64,000 nucleotides of DNA from Flavobacteriales bacterium UBA4466 (GCA_905182895.1 CAJJDD010000002.1:46620-110619); one strand, 5' to 3'; shown: positions 20,328-31,073, counted from the first letter of the stretch. The notes: generated by a model from the sequence alone, not told the origin. Numbers and translations are program-made.

Positions 20328-21221
20328 ATGAAAGCATATGTTTTCCCTGGCCAAGGAGCTCAATTTCCTGGTATGGCTCAAGATATTTATGATAGCAGTT
20401 CCAAAGCACAAGAACGATTTGCTGAAGCCAAAGAAATCTTAGGATTTGATATAAAAGAAATCATGTTCAATGGGTCTGACGAAGACCTCAAACAAACTAA
20501 AGTGACTCAACCAGCAATTTTTCTTCATTCCGTTTTATTGGCAGAAGAGTTAGGGAGTTCTTTTACGCCAGATATGACCGCTGGTCATAGTTTGGGAGAG
20601 TTTTCTGCTCTAGTAGCTTGTGGAGCATTAGACTTCCATAACGGATTAAGCTTGGTTTCCAAAAGAGCCATGGCCATGCAGAAAGCATGTGAATTAAACC
20701 CAAGTACCATGGCTGCTATTCTAGGTTTAGAAGATGCTGCAGTAGAAAGCATTTGTGCAGATACAGAAGGTGTAGTAGTAGCAGCTAACTATAACTGTCC
20801 AGGTCAACTTGTAATCAGTGGGAGTAATGAAGCCATAGATAAGGCGTGTGAAGCATTAACAGCTGCTGGAGCTAAAAGAGCTATAAAACTTCCAGTGGGA
20901 GGAGCCTTTCACTCACCATTAATGGAGCCCGCTAGAGAACAATTAGCTGCAGCTATTCAAGAGGCGAATTTCAGTTCTCCTAAATGTCCTATTTATCAGA
21001 ATGTAACTGCACTTCCAGAAACAGATGCTGCTGTTATCCAAAAGAATTTAGTAGCGCAGTTAACAGCTCCAGTAAAATGGACTCAGATCATGCAAAATAT
21101 GATAGCTAACGGAGCGACTTCAGTAGTAGAAGTAGGACCTGGAAAAGTATTACAAGGGTTGTTTAAGAAGGTGGATAGAAAATTTGAGACATCTAGTGCT
21201 GAAATAGTAACAGAAGTATAG
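20328..21221 (+). CDS. fabD: Malonyl-CoA:ACP transacylase
   Basis: FPGQGAQFPGM, GHSLGEFSALV and the conserved GAFHSPLM block. Confidence 0.92.
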   Translation: MKAYVFPGQGAQFPGMAQDIYDSSSKAQERFAEAKEILGFDIKEIMFNGSDEDLKQTKVTQPAIFLHSVLLAEELGSSFTPDMTAGHSLGEFSALVACGALDFHNGLSLVSKRAMAMQKACELNPSTMAAILGLEDAAVESICADTEGVVVAANYNCPGQLVISGSNEAIDKACEALTAAGAKRAIKLPVGGAFHSPLMEPAREQLAAAIQEANFSSPKCPIYQNVTALPETDAAVIQKNLVAQLTAPVKWTQIMQNMIANGATSVVEVGPGKVLQGLFKKVDRKFETSSAEIVTEV

Positions 21222-21230
21222 TCTAAAAAA

Positions 21231-21256
21231 TAAGGGCTTCCTTTTGGAAGCCCTTA
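21231..21256 (+). terminator. Hairpin after fabD
   Basis: TAAGGGCTTCC-TTTT-GGAAGCCCTTA perfect 11-bp stem with no strong T-tract behind it. Confidence 0.45.
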
Positions 21257-21328
21257 TAACTATATACAACTAAATTGTAATTCCAAACGGAAAACCGACT
21301 GGAATATTTTTGATCTTATTAATCCGTC

Positions 21329-21565
21329 CTAACCATTTATGTGGCTTAATAGGGTCTGAATTTTTTCGTCTTTTCTTTCAGATTCGTTTCTGAGGGTTTC
21401 GATTTCACTATTTAATCTTGAAATTTCTTCGTCAGCTAAGATTAGTTTTCTTTCTGCATCGAAGTAGCGTTTTACTATTTCTTGTTTCTCTTTTGTTTTA
21501 GCATCAATTCCCATAGCAGAATAATTTTTTATCTCAACAGCTAAAATAGGACTTCTAAAGTACAT
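21329..21565 (-). CDS. Small coiled-coil hypothetical protein
   Basis: 78-aa ORF only. Charged heptad-like sequence and no recognisable family. Confidence 0.3.
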   Translation of the reverse strand: MYFRSPILAVEIKNYSAMGIDAKTKEKQEIVKRYFDAERKLILADEEISRLNSEIETLRNESERKDEKIQTLLSHING

Positions 21566-22029
21566 AATATATCGTTAAGTTCGATTGTTTTAAACAAAAA
21601 ATCATAATGAATGACAATCTCGACACGAAGGGTATTTCGATATAACTATATTTAAATCAAATGGTTGTGTGGTTTTGGTGTTCGTGTTCGGCTCTTTTGA
21701 TCTACTAGTTTTTAACAAATTCACTCATCCAAGAGTCGCTTTTAGCTCTAGTGAAGTGAGTAAATGATACGATTTATCGCTTGAACAATAGCTGTTTTGG
21801 AACGAATCCACTTCAGGTTTTGCGTTAGCTTTTTCTCTGGCAGAGTCTAATCCGTATTAGTAATTACATAGGTTTATTTAGCTCTACTAGGAACCAAAAC
21901 AGAAAGCACCGAAGCTAAAAGTATCTGGAAGTGCTGTTTGGGGTGACTCATTTATCTATAATGTTTAAGATAGAGCCATTTATATCAAAAACGATTTAAT
22001 TCACGACTTCCTATTTTAATTTCGGGAAT

Positions 22030-22983
22030 ATGCGCATGAATCGAGTTCTGAAAAATGCGCTCAGAAATTTCAAATCCAAAGTGATTCTACCAAACTTATC
22101 GTGTTTTCAGATCACCATAGAGGTTTGGGAGATGGAGCAGACGATTTTGTGAACTGTGAACAGGTCTGTTTAGAGGCACTTGACTATTACTATATGAATG
22201 GTTACACACTCATTCTTTTGGGTGATGTAGAAGAGTTCTGGGAGTGTGTTTCTCTTCTGGTTATGAGAAAATACAAACAGGTATTAGAGAAAGAAGTACT
22301 CTTTCACAAAGAGGGTCGATTGATAAAGATTTGGGGAAATCACGATGACCATTGGCAGGAAGGTCTATTTAAATCGGCTACGCTTCCATCTATATTTAAA
22401 GGACTTAAAGTTTACGAAGGAATAGTCATAGAACTTAAAGAGAGTAGTTCTCAAAAAAAGATTGAATTGGTGATGATTCATGGGCATCAAGGAACATTGA
22501 GTGGTGATAAACTAGCCCGAATAAGTCGGTGGTTTGTAAGGTGGTTCTGGAGACCCATTCAACAGATATTTAAGATTAAATTAAATGCTACTCCGTCTAC
22601 AGACTTATAATTACGGAGCACACATGATAAAGACATGTATGCTTGGTCTAAGAGCAGAGGAAACACCATGCTATTCTGTGGTCACACGCACCAACCTGTC
22701 TTTATGTCTAATACACATTTAGTGAATTACCGGATTCGCAAGTCTGATTCGTGTAAAGAATTAGAAGATGAAATTAAAAAAATGATGACAATCTACAGAG
22801 TTAAAAGTAGATGATAAATTCCTTATGATTTTAATTCTTGGTTGCTGCTCTTTCGATAACGGAGCTATTACTGGTCTGGAGATTATAGAAGAAAAGATCC
22901 AATTAATCAAATGGAAGGCTGGAGAAGACAAGACGGTGAAGCGTGAAGAATCGCTTTCTAAATTGTTCGAATTATTAGGATAA
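22030..22983 (+). pseudogene. Metallophosphoesterase (calcineurin-like), frame-disrupted
   Basis: ATG 22030. LIVFSDHHRGLGDGADDF, GDVEEFWE and WGNHDDHW lie in ORF 22101..22610. LFCGHTHQP is in a second frame (about 22613-22810). The C-terminal GCCSFDNGAITGLEIIEEKIQLIKWK...ELLG-stop (TAA 22981-22983) is in a third. The minus-strand ORF 22761..23018 is spurious. Confidence 0.7.
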
Positions 22984-23016
22984 CACGATGTACATTTGTA
23001 CCAAAAAATTATAGAC

Positions 23017-23905
23017 ATGAATTCAGTAGCTGTAATCGGAGCAGGAACAATGGGAAATGGAATCGCACATGCATTTCGCTCAAAAAGGATATAACGTTTC
23101 TCTTATAGACGTTTCTCAACCTGCTTTAGATAAAGCTTTGGCCACGATAGCTAAAAATTTAGATCGTCAGGTAACTAAAGGGTTAATGGATGAGGCTGCT
23201 AAAGAAAGTGCGTTGCAAAATATCACCACTTTTACTGAAATGTCTGAAGGCGTAAAAGGAGCAGAGATAGTAATAGAAGCGGCTACTGAAAATGTAGATT
23301 TAAAAATGAAAATCTTTAAATCTTTAGATGAAGTTACAGGAGATGATGTGATTTTGGCTACCAATACGAGTTCTATTTCTATTACTCAAATAGGTGCACA
23401 AACTTCAAAACCGGGTAACGTAATAGGAATGCATTTCATGAATCCTGTACCAGTAATGAAATTGGTTGAAGTGATTCGAGGATATGCTACCTCAGATGAG
23501 GTTACTGCTAAGGTGATGGAGATGTCCAAAAATCTAGGAAAGATTCCTACAGAAGTAAATGATTATCCAGGATTCGTAGCCAATAGAATTCTGATGCCTA
23601 TGATAAATGAGGCTATAATAACACTGCACGAAGGAGTAGCAGGAGTAGCAGAAATAGACACAGTGATGAAATTAGGAATGGCTCATCCAATGGGACCACT
23701 GCAGTTAGCAGATTTTATTGGATTAGATGTTTGTTTATCTATAATGAATGTGCTGCATAGCGGTTTTGGAAATGGAAAATATGCCCCATGTCCATTATTG
23801 GTAAATATGGTAATGGCTGGAAAACTTGGAAGAAAATCAGGAGAAGGATTTTACTCTTGGAGTGGATTACGTTATTTCCTATTTGTAGCAGATAATTTCT
23901 GTTAG
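23017..23905 (+). pseudogene. hbd: 3-hydroxybutyryl-CoA dehydrogenase (3-hydroxyacyl-CoA dehydrogenase family), one frameshift near the 5' end
   Basis: ATG 23017 encodes MNSVAVIGAGTMGNGIAHAF (Rossmann GxGxxG). The frame then slips at GCATTTCGCT (about 23070). The rest (AQKGYNVSLIDVS...) is ORF 23057..23905. Confidence 0.8.
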
Positions 23906-24209
23906 TATGAAAAGTTCTACTACGGGTTTAATTATTAATGGTGAATGATCTCTGTCTCTAAGTCAGTGGCTGCAGAAATATAAGGATCTAAACCTCTTGG
24001 CTTATTCCACATTTCTTCTCCTTCTATTCCTTTCAGGTATGAAGTTGTCTCTATAAGAGTGTAACATACATTATGTCATTGATTTACAGGGGATTTTGGA
24101 AGATATTTTAAGACGTTTTTCTATTTAATGTAACTCGAATTCTGTTAATTTTAAAATGGTATAGGGCGTTTTTGAATCAGACAGACTATTCATAATTAAA
24201 CATTAAGAT

Positions 24210-24836
24210 TTAGTTTAAAGTAAACTGCCAGCCGTTCTCTGTTCGGTCCATTCTTAGCACATCCCATCGTATTAATTTAGCCAATGTGTCTTCTGCTTTC
24301 CATGGTTTTTGACGCATGATGTTACAGAATTTTATAAAAGTGATGTGCTGATTCTCCTCGAGATATTTGAATACCTTCTCTTCTTTTTCAGTGATGGTGA
24401 GCTCTTCTCCATGGTCTTTTTTTTCAAACTCCCACAGCTTTAGTTGAACTCCATTCACCATATAATTATGGTCTGCTTTTCTCACGTACGCCTTCCATGT
24501 ATCGTCTTCTAATTTGGCGTAGTGCGGTCTTTCTTTAGATTTTAAAACAGTAATTTCAAGCACAGCTTTGTTCTCTGTTTTATAAACTTTAGACATGAAC
24601 TCCACTTCAGGCTTGCAGTATAAGTCAGAGGCTCCCTGGATCATGTGGTATTCCTCTTCAGGATCCACTCCTGATATTCTGCCATTGTCTTTAATTCCGA
24701 TTAATATTCTACCACCAGAACAATTGGCAAAAGCCACTAAGGTTTTAGCGATTTTTTTGGAATCATCTATCCGCTGTTTAAAATCCTGCTGTAGGTGTTC
24801 TCCCTGCGCTATGAGTTTTTGGATATAGACTGACAT
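24210..24836 (-). CDS. AlbA_2 (Schlafen-like divergent AAA/DNA-binding) domain protein
   Basis: GEHLQQDFKQRIDD...IAKTLVAFANCSGGRILIGIKDNGRISGV matches the AlbA_2 signature (E-x-L-E-F-K ... AFAN..GG.l.iGv.d.G). Confidence 0.65.
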   Translation of the reverse strand: MSVYIQKLIAQGEHLQQDFKQRIDDSKKIAKTLVAFANCSGGRILIGIKDNGRISGVDPEEEYHMIQGASDLYCKPEVEFMSKVYKTENKAVLEITVLKSKERPHYAKLEDDTWKAYVRKADHNYMVNGVQLKLWEFEKKDHGEELTITEKEEKVFKYLEENQHITFIKFCNIMRQKPWKAEDTLAKLIRWDVLRMDRTENGWQFTLN

Positions 24837-25101
24837 GTAGCACGTAAATCTAGAGTTTTCAGGGAAATAAATGTATATTCATTCTCACAAAGTTGGCTTA
24901 ATAAACGGGATGTAGAATAAGAAGTTTAAAATGGTCAGGAATTCTAGTAGAAACTTATCTGATTGCTATTATCAAACAGATACGTGTGGTTAATTTAGGA
25001 TTAAGCCAGTTTAATGGGGGTGATTATTTAAGGTCTCACTATTATTTTAGCTGTCTTCCTGTCCATAAGAATAAAGTTCTTTGAACCTAGGAAATCATCT
25101 C

Positions 25102-25569
25102 TTACTTCTGCAGCCCAATAAAAATATCCTTAAACTCTGTCCAGAATTCATCTAAGGAGATAAGTTGGGTTTTAAGAAACTCGATGGCTTTAGGTATATC
25201 CTCATCACGAAAAAAATTGATTTGAGTGTCTTCACTCATGACCCGAGCACTAAAAATTCCTGATGCTTCTATTTTATATTCATCTAAAAAAGTAAGTGGG
25301 GTAGAAAAACTGCTTTGCATCACCGTTTTTAATTCTAGGAACTGCTCGAAGAATAATGCTCTTATGCTGGTGTCTTTATGCTGAAGGTCTAGACATAACC
25401 TGCAGCCTTTACCATCGAACTCCATGCGGATATAAAGTTCTTTTACGCAGCTTTTATAGGATAGCCAGCTGACTTTGTTTCCGTGAACACCTCTTACAGG
25501 CGTCATTTCTGAATCTAGTAGAGTCCAGAAATCTGTTCTTCTTTTTTTGAGTTCTTCTTTAGGTAGCAT
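25102..25569 (-). CDS. DUF4268-like hypothetical protein
   Basis: 155 aa with N-terminal FW motif (RRTDFWTLL). Overall layout recalled from DUF4268. Weak call made from memory. Confidence 0.4.
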   Translation of the reverse strand: MLPKEELKKRRTDFWTLLDSEMTPVRGVHGNKVSWLSYKSCVKELYIRMEFDGKGCRLCLDLQHKDTSIRALFFEQFLELKTVMQSSFSTPLTFLDEYKIEASGIFSARVMSEDTQINFFRDEDIPKAIEFLKTQLISLDEFWTEFKDIFIGLQK

Positions 25570-25716
25570 CTAGATGCAAACTTAACAAATGTTATGCTTA
25601 CTAGTGGTGAAATTGAAGGAGGAAGTATTACTTAAGATTTAGTGGTACATAACAGACTTATCTAGGCATAGCATTGATACAACTAGTAAGCTTTAAAGCC
25701 AAGGGGCTAGTTAAGT

Positions 25717-25863
25717 TTAGACATAGTGACTTTTTTTGAGCCACGACTTTAATTCTGTGGCTTCAGCGTCTACTAAGTTTTTGAAAGCTTTTCTAAGCTC
25801 TTTTCTAAAGAGCAGTTGATCAAATCTGACTTTCCCTAATACAGTTTTATAGTATTCTAACAT
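25717..25863 (-). CDS. Possible 48-aa small protein
   Basis: Minus-strand ATG at 25863 encodes MLEYYKTVLGKVRFDQLLFRKELRKAFKNLVDAEATELKSWLKKSHYV-stop. It is below the ORF-track cutoff and the call is based on its open frame only. Confidence 0.25.
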   Translation of the reverse strand: MLEYYKTVLGKVRFDQLLFRKELRKAFKNLVDAEATELKSWLKKSHYV

Positions 25864-26257
25864 TTATTCTAACTGGTTTATGTTTTTACTAAATCAGCTC
25901 AAACGCAGTGATTAGATATAATTTTGTGTTTTCATTTGTGGGAGGTGTTTTCTGTTACGGGATGTTATCTGTTTTTGTTACCATTGGAGGGTGTTTTGTA
26001 TTTTAAGTGTTTGATAATGAAGTAACAAAAATGGTCAGCTCCGTTGAGCTAACCAATTTTATTGTCGCTCTGAGGCGACCTAAACCTTAACCAAAATAAC
26101 TATCAACCAATATCTTTGATCGGATGATTGAGATACTAAAGAATTAGCCATAACTATGCCATAATTGCTTGTGTATTGTTAAACGATGTGAAAAAAAATG
26201 ATGTCCAGATTACGCGGTTAGACCTCAGAAACAGGAGTTTAGAAGAGATGTATTTGC

Positions 26258-26265
26258 TATCTTTG
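26258..26265 (+). promoter_or_regulatory. Candidate -7 box (TAtcTTTG) for the thiolase gene
   Basis: TATCTTTG lies 28 nt upstream of ATG 26293. Confidence 0.35.
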
Positions 26266-26292
26266 CAACGCTAAAAAAACAATCTTAAAAGA

Positions 26293-27469
26293 ATGAAAGA
26301 AGTATATATAGTAAGCGCTAAAAGAACTCCAATAGGTAGTTTTATGGGTTCGTTGTCAACAGTATCAGCTACTAAGCTTGGTGCGGCTGCCATTAAAGGA
26401 GCTATAGAGTCTGCGGGAGTTGATACGGCTCAGATTCAAGAAGTTTTTATGGGAAATGTAATGAGTGCTAATCTTGGTCAAGCACCGGCTAGGCAGGCAG
26501 CTATGTTTGCAGGAATTCCTGATAGTGTTCCTTGTACTACTATAAATAAGGTATGTGCTTCTGGAATGAAGGCCATAGCTCTAGGAGCTCAGTCTATAAA
26601 AACAGGAGATAATGACTTAGTAGTAGTCGGTGGAATGGAGAATATGAGTATGGTTCCGCATTATATGGGTGCTAGAACCGGTCAGAAGCTTGGAGATATG
26701 AAGTTAGTAGACGGGATGGTGAAAGACGGTCTAACTGATGTCTACAATAAAACGCACATGGGTGTATGCGCTGAGCTATGCGCCAAAGAGAAAAGTATTT
26801 CTAGAGAAGAACAAGATGCGTTTACTGTAGAGTCATATAATAGATCTGCTGCTGCATGGAGTGGGGGTAAATTTTCTGATGAAATAACTCCAGTAGAGAT
26901 TCCTCAGAGAAGGGGAGACGCTGTTATCTTTTCTGAAGATGAGGAATACAAGAATGTGAAGATGGAAAAAATTCCAACGCTACGTCCTGTATTTGATAAG
27001 GAGGGAACAATAACTGCGGCCAATGCTTCTACATTAAATGATGGAGCTTCTGCACTGATCTTAGCGAGTGCTGAAAAAGTAGCAGAATTGGGGTTAACGC
27101 CTATCGCTAAAATTAGAGCTTGTGCTGATGCGGCTCATGCTCCAGAATGGTTTACTACTGCACCGAGTAAAGCGCTACCTATTGTCTTTAAAAAGAGCAG
27201 GATTAGAGAACAATGATGTAGATTTTTGGGAATTAAATGAAGCTTTCGCTGTAGTAGGAATAGTCAATAATAAAGAGTTAAATATTGACAAAAACAAAGT
27301 AAATGTCAATGGTGGAGCAGTTTCTTTAGGCCATCCATTAGGAAATAGTGGTTCTAGAATTATAGTTACGCTTATAAATGTGTTAAAGCAGAATGGAGGA
27401 AAAATCGGAGCTGCTGGAATCTGTAATGGCGGCGGTGGTGCCAGCGCGATGGTAATAGAAAACGTATAA
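26293..27469 (+). pseudogene. Acetyl-CoA C-acetyltransferase (thiolase), one frameshift
   Basis: The N-terminal piece carries the active-site NKVCASGMKA. The C-terminal piece carries NEAFAVV, NVNGGAVSLGHPLGNSG and CNGGGGASAMVIE. Frames join at GTCTTTAAAAAGAGC (about 27190-27200), a T3/A5 homopolymer context. Confidence 0.85.
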
Positions 27470-27627
27470 AACAGTCTATTCAGGCATAAAAAAACCTCGT
27501 GAGCTTTCGAGAGTTTTTTATTTTATATGCTTATTGAACTATTCTTTCATGATACTTCTTCCTTTAATAACAGCCGTTTTAAGACCATACATTTTTTCTT
27601 TCAACAGTTCAACTTTTTGGAAAGCAG

Positions 27628-28270
27628 CTATTTCTTCATCTGTACAGAACCCTTTATTTTAGCAGCGTCTAATTTTGCTTGAGCTGCTTGAATTTTAGTA
27701 AGGGCAGAGATTACCTTTCCTTCACTAGCGCTTAGAGATACATTTGCTTGTACTTCTTTCACTTTAGCCTTTTCTATTTTCTCTAATTTATTCACATCAT
27801 CTGCAGACATAGATTCCATCTTATGAAGCTCTTTCTTAGATATTTCTTGCTTTTTCATGAGCTCAGATCTACCATTGGTTATGCTTTTTTCCTGCTTTTC
27901 TTTTCCTTTAGTGCTTAAGTTAGACCCTTTATTGCTCAGGTCCTTCTTAGCTTCTTTTGCTTTAGAAATAGTGGTGTTTAAAGAAGCACGAGCTTTAGAA
28001 ACTTCTGCCTTGAAAGCTCTTTTTTCTTCCTTAGACATCGTAGCTATCTTCTTTGTAATGTCTCCTTTGGACATGTTAGCCAGTGTTTTAAGCTCGAGTT
28101 GGCCAATAAATGCTTTTGGAAATTTCTAAATCTTTTTGAGCAACACTCATATTTTGCTCAGCAATTTTAACTTCGAATCTGTTTTCTTTAGCAGAATTGA
28201 TTACTTCATCAACATTCTTTCACTTGTAAGTTCTGAATAATGCTGTAGCTGCAATAAGTATATATTTCAT
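27628..28270 (-). pseudogene. Secreted Lys-rich coiled-coil protein, unknown function, frame-disrupted
   Basis: ATG at 28270 gives the signal-like MKYILIAATALF, then stops. Two further frames continue into ORF 27628..28074 (KEEKRAFKAEVSKARASL...). Confidence 0.4.
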
Positions 28271-28282
28271 GATATTTCTTTA

Positions 28283-28507
28283 TTAAAAATCTAAATTGTT
28301 TAATGCCTCATCTAGCTCAGCTTCCTTAATTTCCACTTCTTTTAAAGTGCTATCGAGAGCTTTTATTTTTTCGTCAGCGTCTTTTTCTAATTGGTTCACA
28401 TTAGCCTTGTCCATTTCGGGCTTATCTTCTTTATGGCTCTGCTCGCTGCAGCTAGCTATAGCTATAGTTCCGAAGAGAACTGAGGCTAAAAATGTTTTTA
28501 TATTCAT
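28283..28507 (-). CDS. Small lipoprotein
   Basis: MNIKTFLASVLFGTIAIASC lipobox followed by an acidic coiled-coil tail. 74 aa. Confidence 0.5.
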   Translation of the reverse strand: MNIKTFLASVLFGTIAIASCSEQSHKEDKPEMDKANVNQLEKDADEKIKALDSTLKEVEIKEAELDEALNNLDF

Positions 28508-28531
28508 CTTGATTGGTTTTTTTGTATAAAG

Positions 28532-29227
28532 TTAATCTCTTGAATTCACGAGTCTAAGTGCAAAATAGAGAACGTTAGCTACCGCAGCTAAAGCAGCCAC
28601 TAAATACGTTCGAGCAGCCCATTTCAAGGCGTCTTGGGCTCCTACATATTCGTCTTGAGTGACCACGTGACTTTCTTTCATCCAGGCCAGAGCTCTGTTA
28701 CTCGCGTCATATTCTACAGGAAGAGTTACGATACTAAAAAGTGCCACTATTCCAAAGATAACTATAGCTATCCATAAGAAAATAGGAGAGTCCATTAAAG
28801 CGAGCATAAAACCACCCATCAATATAAACTGAGTAGCTTTGCTCGCTATACTAACCATTGGGACTAGCTTAGACCGCATAGTTAACCATTTGTAGGCAGT
28901 AGCGTGCTGCACAGCGTGCCCAACCTCGTGAGCAGCCACTGCAGCAGCTGCAGCATTTCGCTCCCCGTAAACTACCGAGCTTAGGTTTACAGTTTTATTC
29001 TGTGGATTATAATGGTCGGTTAATTGACCCGGAACAGAAATAACTTCTACATCTCTTATCCCGTGGTCAGATAGCATTTTTAAGGCTATTTCCTTTCCAC
29101 TCATTCCATTTTGTAGATGTACTTTCGAGTATTTCTTGAACTTGCTCTTTAATCTAGAGCTGACCAGCATGCTTAAACCACCGAATATGGCGATGATGAC
29201 CATGTATTGTATATAATCTCCTGACAT
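28532..29227 (-). CDS. Membrane zinc metallopeptidase (Zn_peptidase_2 family)
   Basis: HEVGHAVQH zinc motif, N-terminal TM helix and C-terminal TM helices. Size and layout are typical of this family. Confidence 0.85.
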   Translation of the reverse strand: MSGDYIQYMVIIAIFGGLSMLVSSRLKSKFKKYSKVHLQNGMSGKEIALKMLSDHGIRDVEVISVPGQLTDHYNPQNKTVNLSSVVYGERNAAAAAVAAHEVGHAVQHATAYKWLTMRSKLVPMVSIASKATQFILMGGFMLALMDSPIFLWIAIVIFGIVALFSIVTLPVEYDASNRALAWMKESHVVTQDEYVGAQDALKWAARTYLVAALAAVANVLYFALRLVNSRD

Positions 29228-29500
29228 TATTTTAGGGTTGTATTTTCATTGCCTAAATAACTACAATTCTCCATTATCTCCAAGGTTTTAGAAGAAACTA
29301 TGGTATTATAATAATTATCGGTGTACTTTATAAAAAAAACAAGACAGAATTCAAAACAAAGTAAATGCAGGCTCTTATGATTTTGGGTTGATTCTAATGG
29401 AAGTTCATTCTAGAGTCTCATGTCCAGGGTTCTTCTGAATCCAAACTAGCGTTTTTTTCTAAACCGTGAAACAGACTTCTTGGCAAATCCTTTAAAGAAA

Positions 29501-29737
29501 TCATGACATCCCAAACAGATAACCGTAGGCCATTAAGAATAGAATATAAATTGGAAAAATAAGAATGAAGTAAATCACCGAGAACAGTACAGATTTTTCA
29601 CCACCAGTAAAAAAAGCCACTACAGGTTTCTTTAGAAAAGCGATAGTACTTCCTGTAAGTGCAAATACGATTAATATAAGAATCACCTGCTTCCCAGTAA
29701 CTCCCCATCTATTCTGTAATTTCTCGAACCAACCCAT
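29501..29737 (-). CDS. Small two-helix membrane protein
   Basis: 78 aa, MGWFEKLQNRWGVTGKQVILILIVFALTGS... It is a conserved-looking Bacteroidota small membrane protein, but I cannot name the family securely. Confidence 0.5.
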   Translation of the reverse strand: MGWFEKLQNRWGVTGKQVILILIVFALTGSTIAFLKKPVVAFFTGGEKSVLFSVIYFILIFPIYILFLMAYGYLFGMS

Positions 29738-29781
29738 CTTTTTTTAATTGTTAATGTTGAATTATTAATTCTAATACTAGA

Positions 29782-29829
29782 GTTTAGTCTAAAGTCAGCT
29801 TTACACGAATACTCGTTTAGTCCAAAGTC
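29782..29829. repeat. Two 15-nt direct repeats GTTTAGTC(T/C)AAAGTC
   Basis: Copies at 29782-29796 and 29815-29829 match at 14 of 15 positions. They lie in the intergenic region upstream of the minus-strand gene 29501..29737. Confidence 0.8.
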
Positions 29830-29882
29830 TAGAGAGTTGGCAGTTCGGCTAACACTGAGTCAGCGTAAGTTCTGCTAACTTA

Positions 29883-31073
29883 TTAATCAATCCAATCCGC
29901 CACGAAAACATTCGTAGCTCCACCATGTGCATTGGGGTCAGCGTTGTTTCCTCTATTGCTAGAGAAAGCTATTTTTTTTCCGTCAAATGAGAACATAGGG
30001 AAAGAGTCAAACACGTTATCGAAAGTTACTTGCTCCAGTCCAGTTCCATCTAAGTTCATTAAAAACAAGTTAAATAATCTACCAGACTTGCTGTGGTGGT
30101 TAGAAGCGAATAGAACTTTCTCTCCACTCGGGTGGAAAAAAGGAGCCCAGTTGGCACCACCTAACTCTGTAATCTGTCTAGCCTCAGAACCATCCGCTTT
30201 AGCGATGTATAATTCCATTTCAGTAGGCTGAACCAGTCCTTTCTTCAGTAAAGCTTTGTACTGAGCTTGCGCTTCTTCCGTTTGTGGTCTGCTTGATCTC
30301 CACAATAAGTATTCACCATCTGGAGAGAAAAATGCGCCTCCATCATATCCTAAACCAGAAGTGATTTGTTTCACATCAGAACCGTCTATGTTCATCGTAT
30401 ACAACTCTAAATCACCACTTCTTAATGAAGTAAATACAATTTTATCTCCCTTCGGAGAAACAGTAGCTTCAGCATCATATCCAGGTCCATCTGTTAACTG
30501 CTGAATGATGTTTCCTTCCAAATCAGCCACGAATATGTCAAACTCAGGATAGATAGGCCACACATACTCGCCATTAGGCCCTCTATGCGGAACAGGTGGG
30601 CAAGTGTCCATAGCCAAATGTGTAGAAGCATATAAAATAGTAGAATCTCCAGGCATAAAATAACTACAGGTAGTTCTTCCTTTTCCAGTACTCACCATTG
30701 TGGGAGTTTGGTCATGGTATTGTTCATCCGCATTCATGATAAAAATCTGGTCACAGGATGTATTCCATTTTTCATAAGACGCTTGAAAGACCAATTTATC
30801 ATCTGCAAAACTCCAGTAGGCCTCCGCATTATCTCCGCCATTAGTCATCATGATCATATTGGCAAAATGCTTTTCGCTAGGGTATAGAAAATCTTCTCCT
30901 AATACTGGAGTCTCAGCTTGCTCACTATTACTGTGGTGTGGATTTTCTCCATGCTTTCCTTCATGACCATCACCGTGTTTTTTATCGCCATGTTCATGGT
31001 TGTGAGGTTGACCTCCACAGGCAAGTAAGAGCGTAGCAATACAGAAAGTAGCGCAGAAAAATATTTTAGACAT
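29883..31073 (-). CDS. TolB-like PD40/WD40 beta-propeller lipoprotein with His-rich N-terminal tract
   Basis: Lipobox LLLACGG, then HNHEHGDKKHGDGHEGKHGENPHHSN. Repeated PD40 motifs follow (SPKGDKIVFTS, FSPDGEYLLWRS, FHPSGEKVLFAS, FSFDGKKIAFSS). Confidence 0.75.
   Translation of the reverse strand: MSKIFFCATFCIATLLLACGGQPHNHEHGDKKHGDGHEGKHGENPHHSNSEQAETPVLGEDFLYPSEKHFANMIMMTNGGDNAEAYWSFADDKLVFQASYEKWNTSCDQIFIMNADEQYHDQTPTMVSTGKGRTTCSYFMPGDSTILYASTHLAMDTCPPVPHRGPNGEYVWPIYPEFDIFVADLEGNIIQQLTDGPGYDAEATVSPKGDKIVFTSLRSGDLELYTMNIDGSDVKQITSGLGYDGGAFFSPDGEYLLWRSSRPQTEEAQAQYKALLKKGLVQPTEMELYIAKADGSEARQITELGGANWAPFFHPSGEKVLFASNHHSKSGRLFNLFLMNLDGTGLEQVTFDNVFDSFPMFSFDGKKIAFSSNRGNNADPNAHGGATNVFVADWID

Noticed and set aside
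21566-22029. A 460-bp non-coding stretch upstream of the metallophosphoesterase gene; I looked for an ncRNA or riboswitch.
   Set aside because: I could not fold or recognise any conserved RNA motif by eye. It contains only short broken frames. It is left unannotated rather than guessed.
27628-28270. The N-terminal part (VINSAKENRFEVKIAEQNMSVAQKDLEISKSIYWPT) resembles the start of TolC-family outer-membrane factors.
   Set aside because: The whole reconstructed protein is only about 210 aa, and the remainder is Lys-rich coiled coil, far too short for TolC. The resemblance is limited to a helical heptad pattern.
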